Origin: Eukaryota sp. GEM-RC1
Lineage: Eukaryota
Reading direction: 5' to 3'
Length of the DNA: 64,000 bases
Assembly (NCBI GenBank): GCA_040285855.1
Contig: JAUFOQ010000010.1
Span: 744,001-808,000, forward strand
Within the stretch, counting starts at the first letter, position 1; every line of letters begins with the position of its first letter. The notes beneath the pieces are model-generated. The model was not told the origin of the DNA and did no database searches. It saw only the letters and a program-made list of their open reading frames with translations. Shown in pieces: positions 24,978-39,409 of this stretch. The translations under genes were made by a program, and so were the position numbers.

Positions 24978-26308
24978 TCAATATAATATTTCTAAATTGT
25001 TACTAAGTTTCAGAACATCCGACAAGGATGTAGTACCTTCATCTCCAAAAGAGTTGCTCTCCAGATCAAGATGAGTGACTGTTGCATTAACTTTCAATGC
25101 ATCTGCCAATGCTCTAGCGCCTTCATCTCCAATAGAGTTGCTCTCTAGAATAATTTTTACAATTGAAGCATTGACTTTTAATGCATCTGCCAATGCTCTA
25201 GCGCCTTCATCTCCGATCAAGTTTCCGTTCAGATCAATACTTGTAATTGTAGAATTTACTTGTAACATCTCTGCCAATGCTTTAGCACCTGCATCTCCAA
25301 CAGAATTCATACTCAGATCAACGCTTGTAACAGTAGTATTAAGATTTAAAGCTGCTGACAAAGCTCTAACACCACCATCTTCAATAGAGTTGTAACTCAG
25401 ATCAACAATTGTTAATGTACTATTAATCTTCAATGCATCTGCAAATGCTCTAGCGCCTTCATCTTCAATAGAATTGTTCCACAAATTAACATTTGTTAAT
25501 GTATTATTAACCTTCAACACTTCTGCCAATGATTTAGCACCTTCATTTCCAAGAGAGTTACTTCTGAGGTTAATACTTGAAACAGTAGTATTAACTCTCA
25601 ATGCATCTGCCAAGACTTTGGCACCTTCAGCTCCAATAGATTTGTTCCACAGATTAACAGTCGTAACTGTGGTATTTGCTTTCAACAATTCAATCAACTC
25701 CATAGTAATAGAAGAATGGACGGAAACATGAAGCTGTGTAAGACGTGGGAAGATTAAGGAAGACTTGTGAAGAAACTCCAAGTCATTTTGGTACCGTAAA
25801 TGTAATTCCAATCCAGAAATTATGTGAGAATAACTAAGAAACTCGTCAGCTTTAAATGTCCCCTCTACATGGACAAAAGCAAACGGCGTATCAACTCCAA
25901 AGAGAGAAGCCAGTGAAGACACATGGGGAAGATCTTCAGCTGCCGAATGACACTTGTTAGATTCAAAAACAGTTTCACAGCTAATAGAGCGGATTCGAAT
26001 AAGCGATGGCTTACATAACCAACATTCTGGAAGTACGTAAGTAAATTAGCATTTAACTTAACGAGGGATCGACGAGGCTGATTCAGTTTCCACTTCAAAG
26101 AGGGCGCTAACAAACGATTCAATAAGTGGCGGTGTATCAAGATGAGAAGAGATTGTTGCAAGAACAAGGAACGGCGAGGAAAATCGACGGCGGAGTACGA
26201 AGGGGAGAACATATTAGAGCCAGGTTTTGTGGAGGAGATACTTGAAATTGAGGATTCAATACACTCACTTAGACGTTCATCGGATGATAATGATACAGAT
26301 ACTGTCAT
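24978..26308 (-). CDS. LRR family protein: N-terminal domain plus 8 LRRs, one homopolymer frameshift near 25965
   Basis: ORFs 25865-26308 and 24978-25922 join if one T is added (KLFFESNKCH); family motifs present. Confidence 0.85.
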
Positions 26309-27112
26309 TGTAAGATGAGTTGGTTTGGTGAGGGAAAATGTATAGTAGTTTGAGCACCCAGTGTCAGTTTCTGGTCATGACGGGTTATTCCAACAGTCTC
26401 TCTGTAACGAGTAGTACGAAATATCTGTGATACTTCTCAGTTTTTAACTGATTTTGGATCTATGGTGTAAGTCTCAGATTAAGATATTTTAACTTATCAA
26501 TTTGGCATAACCGTTTTATTATATCTTTGTTCCGTTCGATGCCTATGTTTTTGAATCAATTATTACAAAGTTGTATAAGAACAATAGTACTGTTGACCAG
26601 GAGTTTTCTGTGTCTGGTGTTTCATAGTTTTTATTTTGATATGTATTTTTGTCCCCTTCGTCTATAAACACTTTTTTTTATCTGTGATACTTTAGGAGAG
26701 TTGTTATTACAGTATATGTATGTCAAACGTTTACTTTTTTTAGCCCCACAAAGAGATTCAATTTTTTTGGTTTAGATATTATCTAAATTAGCTTGTATGT
26801 ATAAATGTAGACGAGAATTCATCTGGTCAATCAATTCATTATACTGAACTATTTGTTTCATTTCAAATATTTCGATACGTAAAGATGGACTAGTGCACAT
26901 GTCTTATTTCTATCGTATGATTAACGGTTCTGAACTACTGTTGTCCAAAATCTGTCGGGCTAGCTTTAATATATCAATTTTTTGTGATCAAAAGTTAAAT
27001 TTGGCCACGTCTATAGAGTGAATATCAAGTGTATCTAGTAAGATTATTGGAAACACCACCCATATACTGTAGTCTAACTCAGAAATCCTCCATCTACCAA
27101 CCCTTCTCTTCA

Positions 27113-30100
27113 ATGTCTTCGTCAATTCCTCCATCAAAGATGAGTCGTCCGTCAGAGGATTCTGGTGGTGATCTTGTCATCTCATCTAACCAATCCTTGG
27201 ATCTTCCACTAACAACACTCCTTCATGAACCTTTTCTCAAACAACTTCATTTCCAGGAATCCTTGTTGATATTGATACAGCTTTATCGACTGAGACGTCA
27301 TCTCTCTGGAACACTCAGATGCCACCTCTCCATTTTGATTAAACGTGTCTCCTGCTTTCTTGAAAAAGCTGGTTATGTCAGTGAACGTTTCTATAAATCT
27401 TCTTTTTCAGCAGTTACGGTTTTCTTTCAAATTTCCAAAATTTCCGTCTCCCCTGAAGAACTTCCCTTACTTTTTTCCATCGCTTCTTACTTTAATGCAG
27501 AAGTTCAATCTGTTGTTTTGATCGCGGATCCGTCCTTTGAAGTTGAAAACATTCTTCCGGTTTCTTCAGTTGTTTCAGAATTATCTTTATGGCAACTATC
27601 TGGCTCCAGCCAATCAAATCCTTTTGATTCCAGATTGCACCAATTACTTGACCATTCTTCTCCTTTTTTCTTGTCACGGCTTACAAAACTTGTTTTATTT
27701 CTAGTCAGTTCTGTTTCTATGGAAACGTTTCCTTCTTTCTGTAATTCACTGATGACAAATACTACTGTTATCGATTTATTTATTCGAATGAATTCTTTTT
27801 CTGCTGTTGAAACAGCTGCTCTTTCCAAAGTGTTTTGTTCAAACAACACCTTAACAAAACTTTGTCTTAGCTGTGAATCCACCACTAAAGATGCAGATTA
27901 TCAGATTATGCTTTCTGCTATTTCAAATAATTCAATAATTGAACAGCTAGACATTTCATCGTTCAAATTTCACAATGCTAATGTCGTTTTACCAATTCTA
28001 AAGAGTAAGAAGTCTGCAATTAAGAGTCTTACGTTTCCTAGTGGTTGTACCATTGATTGTAATGTAATGAATGCTCTGAGGAATAATTCGTCTATTATAA
28101 AAGTAGATATGGCTGGTTGTATCGTGGAAATCAATGATTTTGTTGATGTTTTAAAATCGAATCCCTTCTTAAAACAAGTAACAATAACACAATCAAAATT
28201 CGGTATATTTTCTCCAATTTTCAAATGTCTTGAAACAAATACTTCTCTAGTAGTATTAGACTTGTCTGATCGTCAGAATCCACTGACTGACCAAGAAGTT
28301 GAGTCCTTGGTAAAAATGCTTAAAAATAATAACAAAATACTTGTCCTAAATCTTAGTTCAATACCATTGAGTTCTTCCCAGTTTAAAACCATTTTAAGAG
28401 AATTGAAAACTAGCTCATTACTAAGAAGTATCAGTTTCTCATTGAGTCTAAACAATTTAATCTCATATTTCAGAACAGTGTTTAGTGCAAAGTTAAATTC
28501 ACTTATTGGTATTTTGCCTCATTCAATTGATGTTTCTCTTGGTTTAATTAGTTATCAATTTAAAGCGGGTTATAATGATTTAATGTCACTTTTATATGCT
28601 TTAAAGTCAAATATTCCTATTAAACGAGTTGAATTTTGTGGATTGAAAAGTGCGACTTTAGGAAGACTTGTTGTCATATTTGAAATTCTTTCCATTAACA
28701 AATCAGTGATAGATCTTGATATTTCTCCTCATAATATTGACGTTGAAAATGGTGTGTTTCGCTTTTCTCCAGAACAGTATACCCAAATAGCTATTGAGGA
28801 AGTGTAAGTTTTAAAGTCTCTTTTAGAGTGTCATTCTGTCACTCTAAAGAGATGCTATTTTTCTTCTGATGCAATCCCAGTGTTGTGTGATTTAGCCAGT
28901 GTCAATACTTCTCTGACTTCTCTTGACTTCAGTTATTTTGATATGTATAATTCAATCTCTGTTCAATATCTTGAAGTGTCCAAGACAATCAATTCATTCC
29001 AATCCAACTCTCATTTAAAAACAATCAATCTCAGTCATAATCCACTCACATTTAATCATCTCTTGACTATTTTTGAACTGATTTCAACTGGCAATTTAAC
29101 TTCAGATATTACGGTTTTCCCACATTCAATTGTTGTTTCTCTTGGACTGATTCGCTATGTAAAAGAGATTAAACATGATGATTTAATTTCACTTTTAAAA
29201 GTTCTGAATTCGAATGTGCCGATAAAACGAGTCGAATGTAGTGAATTCTATTATCCAAATTTTGCCAGCCTCATTACACTATTTGAAATTCTGACTCTCA
29301 GCAAATCTGTGCTAGATCTTGATATTTCTCCTCACGCAATTGACGTTGAAAATGGTGTTTTTGTTTTTCTCCAAAAGGACTACTAAAATTCGAACTGAAG
29401 AAGTATCGTCTCTAAAGTCTCTTTTAAAGTGTCATTCTGTCAAAGAGCTTTCTTTAAAGCGATGTCGTATTTCTCCTGAAGCAGTCCCAATTTTGTGTGA
29501 TTTAGCCAGTGTCAATTCTTCTTTGACTTCTCTTGACTTCAGTTACATGGTACAACATTCAAGTCAGTCTAGTGATGATGATTTTTTTGATTGTGATTCC
29601 TCCGATGACGAGTCTGACTGTTTAAGACAACTGTCGGATGACAATTTCTCTAAGTTGCTCAGTTCGATTCAATCCAACCCTCATTTAAGAACGGTCAATC
29701 TTAGTCATAATTCATTTAGCTTTAAACAGTTTTTGAAATTTTTTGAACTGATTTCAACTGGCAATTTAATCCCAAGTATTACGGTTTTCCCACATTGTCT
29801 TGATGTTTCTTGTGGACATATTCGTTTTGATGGTAAGGTTGAAAATAGTGATTTAATTTCACTTTTAACAGCTTTGAAGTCAAATATTCCCATTAGATGT
29901 GTTGAATGTCGTGGATTGAAAAGTCTAAGTCTGGATGGATTTATTGCCTTACTTCAAATTCTGGTTCTCAAGAAATCAGTGATAGATCTTGATATTTCTC
30001 CTCACGCCATTGACGTTGAAAATGGTGTTTTTTGTTTTTCACCATTATCCTTTAAACAAATGTCTGCTGAAACAGTTTTAACTCTAAAGTTTCTTTTAAA

Positions 30101-30948
30101 CTGTTTTACTGTCAAAGAGCTTACTCTAAAGCGATGTCGTTTCTCTTTTAGAGCACTCCATATGTTGTGTGATTTAATTAAGGCCAGTTCTTCTTTGACT
30201 TTTCTTGACTTGTCTTATTTTTGAAATGTATGGACAACGCTCACTTCAATCAAGTGATGAACATTACCACTCTCTAGGACAACCCCGTGTTGATGATTTT
30301 GCACTATTAATTCAATCGATTCAGTTCAACTCTCTCTTAACAAAAGTCAATCTTCGTCATAAATCACTTGGATTTGAAAATCTTTTGACTATTTTTGAAC
30401 TGATTTCAACTGGCAATTTAACTCCAAATATTAAGGTTTTGCCGCATTCAATTGATGTTTCTCTTGGATTTATTCGTTATGTAAACGAGATTGAACATTG
30501 TGATTTAATTTCAATTTTAAAAGTTTTGAATGCGAGTATTCCTATTATACGAGTTGAATGTCGTGTATGGAAAAATCCAAATTTAGAAGGGTTAATTGCA
30601 TTATTTGAAATTCTTTCCATCAACAAATCAGTGATAGATCTTAATATTTCTCCTCATATTGTTGACGTTGAAAATGGCGTGTTTCGCTTTTCTCCAGAAC
30701 AGCCTACCCAAATAACTACTGAAGAAGTGTCATCTTTACAGTGTTTTTTGCAGAGTTACGTCATCAAAAAGCTCACTCTAAAGCGATGTCGTTTTACAAA
30801 CGAAACAGTTGCTGTTTTGTGTGATTTGCTCAAGACCAATTCTTCTTTGATTTCTGTTGACTTCAGTGATTGTAATCTAACAGAACTGTCCAATGGAACT
30901 TCGGTATTGGATGAAATTATGAAAGTAAATTACAGAACTAATCTTTAG
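27113..30948 (+). CDS. Divergent long LRR-family member with four large internal repeats; interrupted (TAA at 28805, frameshifts near 29362 and 30220), possibly a pseudogene
   Basis: N-terminal LHFQESLLILI / KAGYVSERFYKS; degenerate LRRs; 4 copies of PHSIDVSLG...PIKRVEC...SVIDLDISPHxIDVENGVFxFSP...LKRC. Confidence 0.78.
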
Positions 30949-31695
30949 TGAATAACAATAAACATTTCTAGAATTGTGTACTAGTCATAATAGTATTATT
31001 CTTCGTAGAAGATATTTAGAAATTGAAGTAACATCATTACATCTCTCTGTATTTGAAATTGATACTATAATTGATGTATTCTGAAGAAATGAAGTTAATT
31101 AACTTACTGTACTTTGTATTTTATTTTCGGTTTTGATTCCGCACAGATATATTTCTGACAATATGATATGATACTTATTATGTTGTGTTGCTGTTTGACA
31201 TGATAGCTTTAAAATCATCCTATTACTAACAGTTTTTGTACTAAATTGTATCTAATTGATTGGCACCAGTGAGACATACAGCAAGAATACATGTGTTGGG
31301 AATTCCAACTAGAATTGTTTCACAACCAATGTTATCAATAAATTGTGGATAGTGGTGATCAAACCAATTTTATGGTCAACAGACCCACAAATACATGGAA
31401 AGAAGATCTAGTATCACATAGCTTCTCAAACTGTTCACTTGAAGTAGTCGAAACTGCAAGAATGTAGTTGCAAAAGATGCTAATTATAGGTCAGAACCTG
31501 GAAGACTTAAGTGTGGTAACCATAAGAAACAACAACTCGCTATAGCTTATGAAAATGTGGAAAAGCAGATCACAAGCTGTAATCTTGTACATCTCTCTAG
31601 AATAGATAAAAATCAGTGTTTAATATAACGATGTAATGCTTGAGATTGCGGTGTTGAAATTAATCCAAGTCAAAAGACTCAAAACCTGTCTTGAA

Positions 31696-34600
31696 ATGGT
31701 TCGTTCTCAACTCTGGTTCTCAGAACAAGTTCCACCTAAAGATGGACAAAAACAGCCTGTGTATGCCATCTCTATAAGTCCTGATAAAACCAAATTTCTT
31801 GCCGCTATAGGAAGTCGAGTCCACTTATACAACACTGAAGATGGTTCTCTCATCTCTGTCCTCAAACATCACACTAAACACGTCTACACCGTCTCCTGGG
31901 CCCGAGATTCCCTTAACTTCGCTTCCTCAGGAGCTGACAAAACCGTCATCCTCTACAACCAAGACAACCAACCCTCCCTCCGCTACTCCCACGACTCCTC
32001 TGTCCAAGTCCTTACCCATTCCCCTACCGATGATATCCTTGTCTCCTGCTGTAACACTGAGTTCGGAATCCACGCTTCTGATCACCGCGTTGTCAAGAAG
32101 ACCTCCATCCCCTCTAAAACTCTCTCTGCTTCTTTCTCTGCTGATGGCCAGTTCTTTGCCATTGGAATGTTCAACGGGGTAGTCTCCATTAGAGAACCCA
32201 AGGATGGTAAGGAGAGGTGTGCAATCACTTTGACATCTCCTATTTCCTCTCTCTGTTTCTCTCCTAATATGGATGCTGTTCAGGACCGACTTATCATTGG
32301 TACTGCTGATCGTAAGTTACATTCATATGGGATCTCTGGAACGGCAATCATTAAGACTCCTAAATCGCTGCAGTTCGATCCCCTGGGGATGAAGTTTTCC
32401 AGAGATGGAAAGAGTTTGTTTCTGACTGGCTCAAACAAGAAAGTTTCTCTCTGGACACGTGATTTGGTGTATATCGATGACATTGCAGAAATTGAAGACT
32501 GGGGATGGTCTGTTGAAGTCTTGGGAAGTCAACAGAATTTAAATAATATTAATTATTTCGTAGGATCTAATGATGGAACGCTCTATAGTTTCATTTGTCA
32601 GATTCCTACTGTACATTCTTTATTTAACGACATTTATGTACATCGGGAGCATTTAACTTCAGTTTCAACGGTATTTTTAAATAATTTGAATAATTCGTTT
32701 GTTATTAATTCTAAGGATTTTATTAAGAAGGTTGCTGCTGGACCAGGACGTGTTTTAGTACAAACACTTCGTTGTATTCACGTCTATGAGCTTTCGACTG
32801 TAGATAATGCCCCAACTGCCAATATTTTAAATATCATTCACAAAAATATTGATTGTTCTTTGCTCACAGTCACTACCAATCACTTCATTTCATGCAAGGC
32901 CAATGTTCTATCTTGCTATCAATTTGATGGATCTTTTGTTAGGTCATGGTCATTACCAGGACATGTAAGATATGTAAGGTTATTACCTGGTCCAATTGGG
33001 AAGGAATCACTTTTGATTGGTTGCAAAACCGGTCAGATTTCTAGGATATTCGTGAATAGTTCAGTTATTGTCACCGTCGTCGACCACCATGTCGCAACTC
33101 GCTGCCTTGATCTCAATCCATCACGTGACCGATTGGCAGTCGTTGACGATCAACGGAAACTAACTGTTTACGACCTAAGCCAAGGTTCAGCCAAGGTAGT
33201 TGTTTCTTATTCAAATGCTACTTCTGTTGCCTACAATACTAAGTATAGGGACATGTTTGCTTATAGTACTGCTACTGGTGACGTGGAAGTGGTGACTTTG
33301 GGACAATCATCTCAAAGTTATAAGAGTTTTGGATTTGTTGTGGGATTTATTGGTTCAAAATTGTTCTTTTGAAAAATTCAAATATTGTGTCTTTGGAAGT
33401 TCCACATTCGACTTCAATCAAATACGCTCTTTCCAAAAAGAATCTTGATGACGCGATTGATTTAGCTCGACTGGGAGCTACTGATGATGATTGGTATGAT
33501 GTGGGTCACGCTGCCCTCTGTAACCTTGATGTTTTAAAAGCAAAAGATGTTTTATCCGTATTAATAATACTAAAATGCTGATGCTGACAGACTGGATTAG
33601 CTCACGTGCTTTAGCTCTTGGTTTCCAATCATTTGACCTGAAACACTCAGTATCACGCGAGAATTCTGAGCTGAATGAAGTAACCAAAACAATGCTCCTC
33701 CTCCAAGCCGAAGTACATGCATATTTGGGAAATTTCAAAAGAGCAAGTGAAATATTTTTAAAAATTGGCCGTCGTGACCTAGCAATCGACATGTACAGTG
33801 ACCTCTGCCGTTGGTCAGAAGTACCTAACCCTTCAGCGGAGCTCTTGTCAAGGCAGGGTAAGTGGGATTTAGAAGTGGGAAACATTGAACGAGCAGTTGA
33901 GATGTTCAAGGAGGCTGGTGATTATCTACTTGCTATTAAGTTGTTGGCGGAGAAGAATAATTCTAAGTTGTTGTATGAGCTGGCAAAGATCACACCTGTT
34001 TCTGAGCGTGAAGCGATTCGTATGGCTGCACAGGCACTTTCGATTGATTATTTTGATTGGACAGTTGAGCTGTATACTCGGATTGGTGATTATAAGGAGC
34101 TCTTGGGATTATATCAAAGTAATGGACATTGGAAGAAAGCTTTTGCTACACTAAATCAACTGACTGAAGATCCTGATTTTGTAATATTAGAGAAGAATTT
34201 AAATGCTAATTACGCAGCTTCTCTTGCTGATTCTGAAGACTTTGATCTAGCACTGAACTACATGAGGAAAAGTAACCAATCAAATGAAATCAAGAAACTG
34301 ATTGAGAGTCTGATTGAGCCTTCCATAACGGAAGGTAGATATCGTGATACAGCTCACTATTACTGGCTCTATTCCCAAGAAGTCAAACATCAAATGGAAG
34401 TTGTCCAGGAAGACGAATTCGAAGCTTTAGTAGAGCTCGCCACACGTTTCCGATTACTCGCTGAAGTTTACTACACATTTTCCTTTGTCAATGAGTACAA
34501 TGAAATTCCTTTCAGTTCTTTATCAAGCGATACTCTTTTCAACATTTGTGTAGCTCACTTATCTTCTCTTCATCAAGTCCAGGGTTCGATTCCCCGTGGC

Positions 34601-35335
34601 ATCTCTTTAAGTTTTTCCTTATTCACCCTACTTAAACTCTCAAAATCACTATCTTGCTTTAGAGTAATGAGAAGCTGCCTCGACCGTATCCACAAGCTTG
34701 TCCTTCCTCCCATGTGGTTAGCTGTAGTCGAATGCATCTCCCTCCACTCTAGAGCTGCTCCCTTCTCAGACAGTGAAGAGCTGTGTCCTTTGTGTTATAG
34801 ATGTGGAGCTCAGGGGGCGTTACTTGGAGAGTCTGGTGATGTTTGTAGTACTTGTGGGAATCTTTTCGTGAGGTCGAGGAAGTCATTTGTTCAGTTGCCG
34901 TTGTTGGAGTTTGAGTTAGAGGAGGATATCACGTCAGCTGAGGCGTTGAGTTTGATTCGTGAGCCTTATTTTAAAAATCAGCGAAATATTTGGCAGGAAA
35001 ATGTAGGTGATGAAGTTCAGACGTTGTCCATGAATACAGGGGAAGTTGCTGAAGCTCAAGATGATCTTGATGGGTTCTCCAGAATTCTATTGACTTCTGA
35101 CCCTCAGGAACCTTTGATTGTTGACCGAGCTGCTTTACAATCACTTGCTGTTATGGAAGTGATTGTTCTGGAGCCAAGGTTTTCCTTTGAGCCTACTCGG
35201 TATTTTAAAATTATGAATAATTCTGTTGGTGTTTCTGCGTGTGATTCGTGTCATTCCTTCTTTTTGGAAGAGGAGTTTGTACTGGAACAGCTTTTGAAAG
35301 GTAAGTGTTGTTTCTGTAGGAATCAAATACCGTAG
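31696..35335 (+). CDS. IFT122: Intraflagellar transport protein 122 (IFT-A), split by two single-base homopolymer deletions
   Basis: N-terminal WD40s (FASSGADKTVILY, LRYSHDSSVQ), FVVGFIGSK, LAIDMYSDLCRW, TPR-like solenoid, PFSDSEELCPLCYRC, C-terminal CxxC zinc motifs; three ORFs joined by -1 shifts near 33368 and 33550. Confidence 0.92.
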
Positions 35336-37146
35336 AATGACTGTATTTAGCATCTATTTATTATTAAAGTTTCTGCTGATGTAATGTTGGGTTCGAAGTT
35401 ATGTTTTTTAATGTATGTCTTATTCATTTATCAACAAAATCTGCTTGTATCATAAACCTTTTTCTCTTCAGTGACATCCGTTTTTGATAAGAACCCTTTT
35501 TGTTCTGCATTTTTGAAATATACTCTGTTTTTGGAATGTGACATTCAGTCACACTCTATTGGATGATTTCTTTAATTTGTTGTCAAACAAACTATCAAGA
35601 ACAACAATTAACGAAGTAGAAGTAATGAATACGTAAAGGCGTCTTGTCATGTAGTACATCAAACGGTAACCCTCAGACGATATTCAGATTCAGTTTGGAA
35701 CGGATTATCAAAATCTGTTCCGCTGAACGCTTCTTGATTCTGGTCATCATTTTCTAGACAGCCGCTTAGCTCACATTTATTGTTCGTTCTCTGTTTGTAC
35801 TTTCTGGAAATTGTCTTGGTTGATTTGTTTGCTAGATATTATAGTTTCACATTTAGCTTCTTTTTGTCGTAGACCATGTTCGTTTGATTAATAAATAACC
35901 CATTCTCCTTTTTTTTCTATGTAATTTTCTTGAAATCGAACTCGCTCCTTAATTCACAACACAACAATTTTAATTAATATTATATTCCAAATGAAACGGT
36001 CTAAATTGACAACTTACCACACAACCTTGATTACGTACATAAGAGTGAAAAATTTCTCCCACAACATTACATTCTTTGGTATTAAAGTAAAACACTCAAC
36101 AATCTTTTTATAATGTAATTCACTAATGGTGACGATCTTTTATCAAGAAGAATTTCAACAGAAGTTCTACTTATATTTAGTCATTTATGCACATTGATTG
36201 ATAAAGCATTATCTTTCGACAAAGATACAAAACGAAAAAAATTAGAATAATGACAATTCAATGGAGGAGAATCTCATTTCTGCAATTTTCTGGTTTGGGT
36301 AAAACTTTTGAAGGAGGACTATTAAATAATTGAATTACAATATTTAAACAAATATTGCAAACAATGTTCATTTTCGACTGTTTCGGAAGTGCAATACATA
36401 TTGCCTGACATTGTAATATTTAAATAAATATGATTGAAGTCAAACACTTAGATTTGTGCACAATACACACACATTTGAACTGAAATGCCGTTGTTCAGCG
36501 ACATTAGGTTGTTCCCTATTTATCAACTGTTTCAATATCACATTGCTGTCAGCCAAAAACAACAAGAAGTAAGGTAAAATAACAAGTATCTGGACTGTAT
36601 ATCCATACATCTTACCATGAAACTGTGACAGTCACATGACTGTTTAGTAAAGCTGAACTAAAGCTAGAAATTGATCGTCGTCCTGCTGTTCTGCCAGACA
36701 GTCTTGATAAACACGTGTTTCTTCATGAAAACCGTGAGTATTGAGACGTTACCTTTAGTTGAATAGATTGTTAACACAAGAAGAGCTAAAGGCGATGATG
36801 GTGAAGACGTAGACATCGGTGATGGTGAGTAAGTTTTTGTCATTCAGTATTTTTGTCTTACTAAATGGCATCACAACTAAGATCCACATTTATTTTAATA
36901 TTTAGTAGTCCACCTTAGTGATGCGCAAAGGTTGGACCTTTAGACTTACAGACCAAATAAAAATCTGTGAACCACGGACCAGACCTTCATGAACAACAGA
37001 CTACATACCAGATCTTCAAAATAATCAACGGACTATAGACCGGACCTTCAAAAAAATATTCGTAATATTCGTACTATTCATATTCATATGATATACGAAT
37101 CTAGAGTCTGTTCTTGGTTTGCTACAAATTGTATTGTCCTTTCTCA

Positions 37147-38880
37147 ATGGCACATTTGTCTTCAGTTCTTTACAACAACCAAAGACCCATCTATCTTGAA
37201 GTGTCTCCCTTCCAATTGTCTTGTGTTTCCCTCTGATGTTGAAGGAACTAGTGCAGATATCACCTTAAGAAATATCTCGCCATATCCTCCTCTTTTTAAA
37301 CTGAAAACTACTTCCCGGGAAGGGTATTATGTTCGTCCAGCAATTGGTTTCATCTTCTGTAACGAATGTGCCACTGTTCCTGGTTTGTCAATTCTCATGC
37401 CTTCTTATATCAGTAACACTCAATCCTAAGAAAGTCAACCCTGCTGTTGACAAGTTTTTGATCAGTTCCTACCAGTATGTCAGTTCTAACTTGGATCCAT
37501 CGTCTCTTGCTTTCACCAAAACCGATCTTTATGAGGTATGGACTAATATCGAAAAGGATCCCGAACGTAAACGTAACATTGCTTATGACAAACTTAAGTG
37601 TTCTATTCTGTCAAGTAAATAAGTCCCCCTGTCCTACTTCTATACAAACATTTGATGACACTATGTATGAAATTGTGGAACAGCTGGCTCCTCATGAGGG
37701 TCATCATTCTGCCACGTCATCCACTAAAACTAAAGAATTGGCTGAATCTGACCAATCAGAAGAATTGGAACAATTACGACAGGAATGTGCTAAGATTCGT
37801 GAAGAAAAGGATGCTCTCATTAAGAACATTGAAGATCTTCACAAACGTTCCAAAGAAAGAGAGAAAGAGCAACACAGTCTCTTACTTTGCAAAACTCAAA
37901 CCAGTCAAAAACAGAAAGATATGATTACAAAGCTGAAACTTGATGTCGATAAATTGACTCAACAGAATGATACTCTAGAAAACCATCTAGTAGCAAGATC
38001 TTCTGAAATATCTGAATTACAACAGAAGTTAAATAAGAAAACAGAAGAACTAAAAGTCTTTTCTGATAATCAAAACAATCAATCAAATGCTTCTTTCAGT
38101 CCAATCACTGAGTTTATTTGTGAAATTCCTGAAAACGATCTCCAGATAGATTTCTCTAAACCTCTTGGTGTCGGTGGATCTTCTCGCGTTTACTCGGGAA
38201 CATGGAACCATGCAGTGGTTGCCATAAAGGTAGTTCTTTGTAACTCTGAAAAGGACAGAGTTAGGCTGCGTAAAGAACTGCTGACTATGTTTAATCTCAA
38301 CCATCCGTGTGTTTTGCGTGTCTTTGGCCTTGTTTGGTTACCCGAGAATCAACTTGGAATCGTTATGGAAATGGCGTCCGCTTCCCTTACCGTACCTTCC
38401 TCAGTTTCTCCTCTCTCCATAACCTATGCTAAACAGATCGTAGAAGCACTTCTACATTTGCACTCCCACAACATTCTACACGGTGATCTTAAACCTCAAA
38501 ACGTGTTGATTGTAGGAGGTGCAGCTAAATTGAGTGACTTCGGTACATCAAAAGTTATTTCAGAAACAACTACTCAGAAAACCAATCAAGTGAGCTTTAC
38601 TCTGAGATATGTCGCTCCTGAAGCTCTATCTAATAAACAGTCTCTCAAATCTGATATCTACAGCCTTGGTCTGATTCTTTATGAATTATTTTGTAATGAA
38701 ATGGTTTTTGCAGGGTACGACATTGCTGCTATTGTTGGAGCCAAAATGGGTTCCTTACAATTGAATTTTCCTCCAAATATTGATCAATGTATTGTAGATT
38801 TGGTTTCAAATTGTTGCCGCTTGGACATTAATGAGAGACCAAGCTTAGAAGAAATTTATTCATCATTATGCAAACTTTAA
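37147..38880 (+). CDS. MSP (major sperm protein/VAP-type) domain, coiled coil and TKL-like Ser/Thr protein kinase
   Basis: MSP motifs LFKLKTT...YYVRPAIGFI and DKFLISS; kinase GVGGSSRVY, VAIK, HGDLKPQN, DFG, APE. The join needs a 31-nt intron (37383-37413) and single-base shifts near 37207 and 37615. The kinase part is secure; the fusion is less so. Confidence 0.75.
37383..37413 (+). other. Candidate 31-nt spliceosomal intron
   Basis: GTTTGT...ATATCAG; removal fuses the two MSP-domain ORFs in frame (ATVPVTLNPKK). Confidence 0.6.
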
Positions 38881-39409
38881 TTGAACGTTTCTGAGGGATT
38901 GAGTGTCTTTAAGGCGAATCTTCACGACGTTAGGCTCTGCGTTTTCTTTTTTCTGATGACGTGGTATAGAAATAGTTAACATTTTGCTTACAATAGTGTT
39001 TGTAGATGATTGTCGTTCTCATTCAACAAGCCGCAAATTATGAGGGAAATGGTTTGGCAGGCAATATTCAGATTGAAACAGAAGATTTAAATATTGCTTA
39101 ACAAAACCAAATTATTTGTATGAGACGATGTATGATGGCTGTTTTTTTTTTAATTTTTGTTAGGTTTTAATTTTTGCAAAAAAAGGCTTCTACAGTATAA
39201 GCAAATGTTGTAGTGAATTACGTGTATGTTGATTCCAATTCATTGTTCACGAGTGTGTTGAGTGTTCACTATGTGTTACTTGTCATTCATGTGATTGTTT
39301 AAAGGGAACCGTCTATTGATTCAATTGATAAATACAGATACATAAAGCAACTGATCCCATATACTCTTAGTCAAGAAAACAACTAGTTTTATAACAAAAC
39401 GTCTACATA

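Noticed and set aside
28805..28807. Stop-codon reassignment (TAA/TAG read as Gln) as the cause of in-frame stops
   Set aside because: The internal stops align with Ser or Lys codons in paralogous repeats, and conserved genes terminate at TAA/TAG (IFT122, kinase, RING)
31636..31695. N-terminal extension of IFT122 from the upstream ATG
   Set aside because: IFT122 similarity begins at about MVRSQLW (31696); the upstream ATG cannot be excluded but is unsupported
36916..37050. ggacc/agacc motif cluster starting tagtgatg
   Set aside because: Probably a solitary transposon end, but there is no second end or TSD to support it
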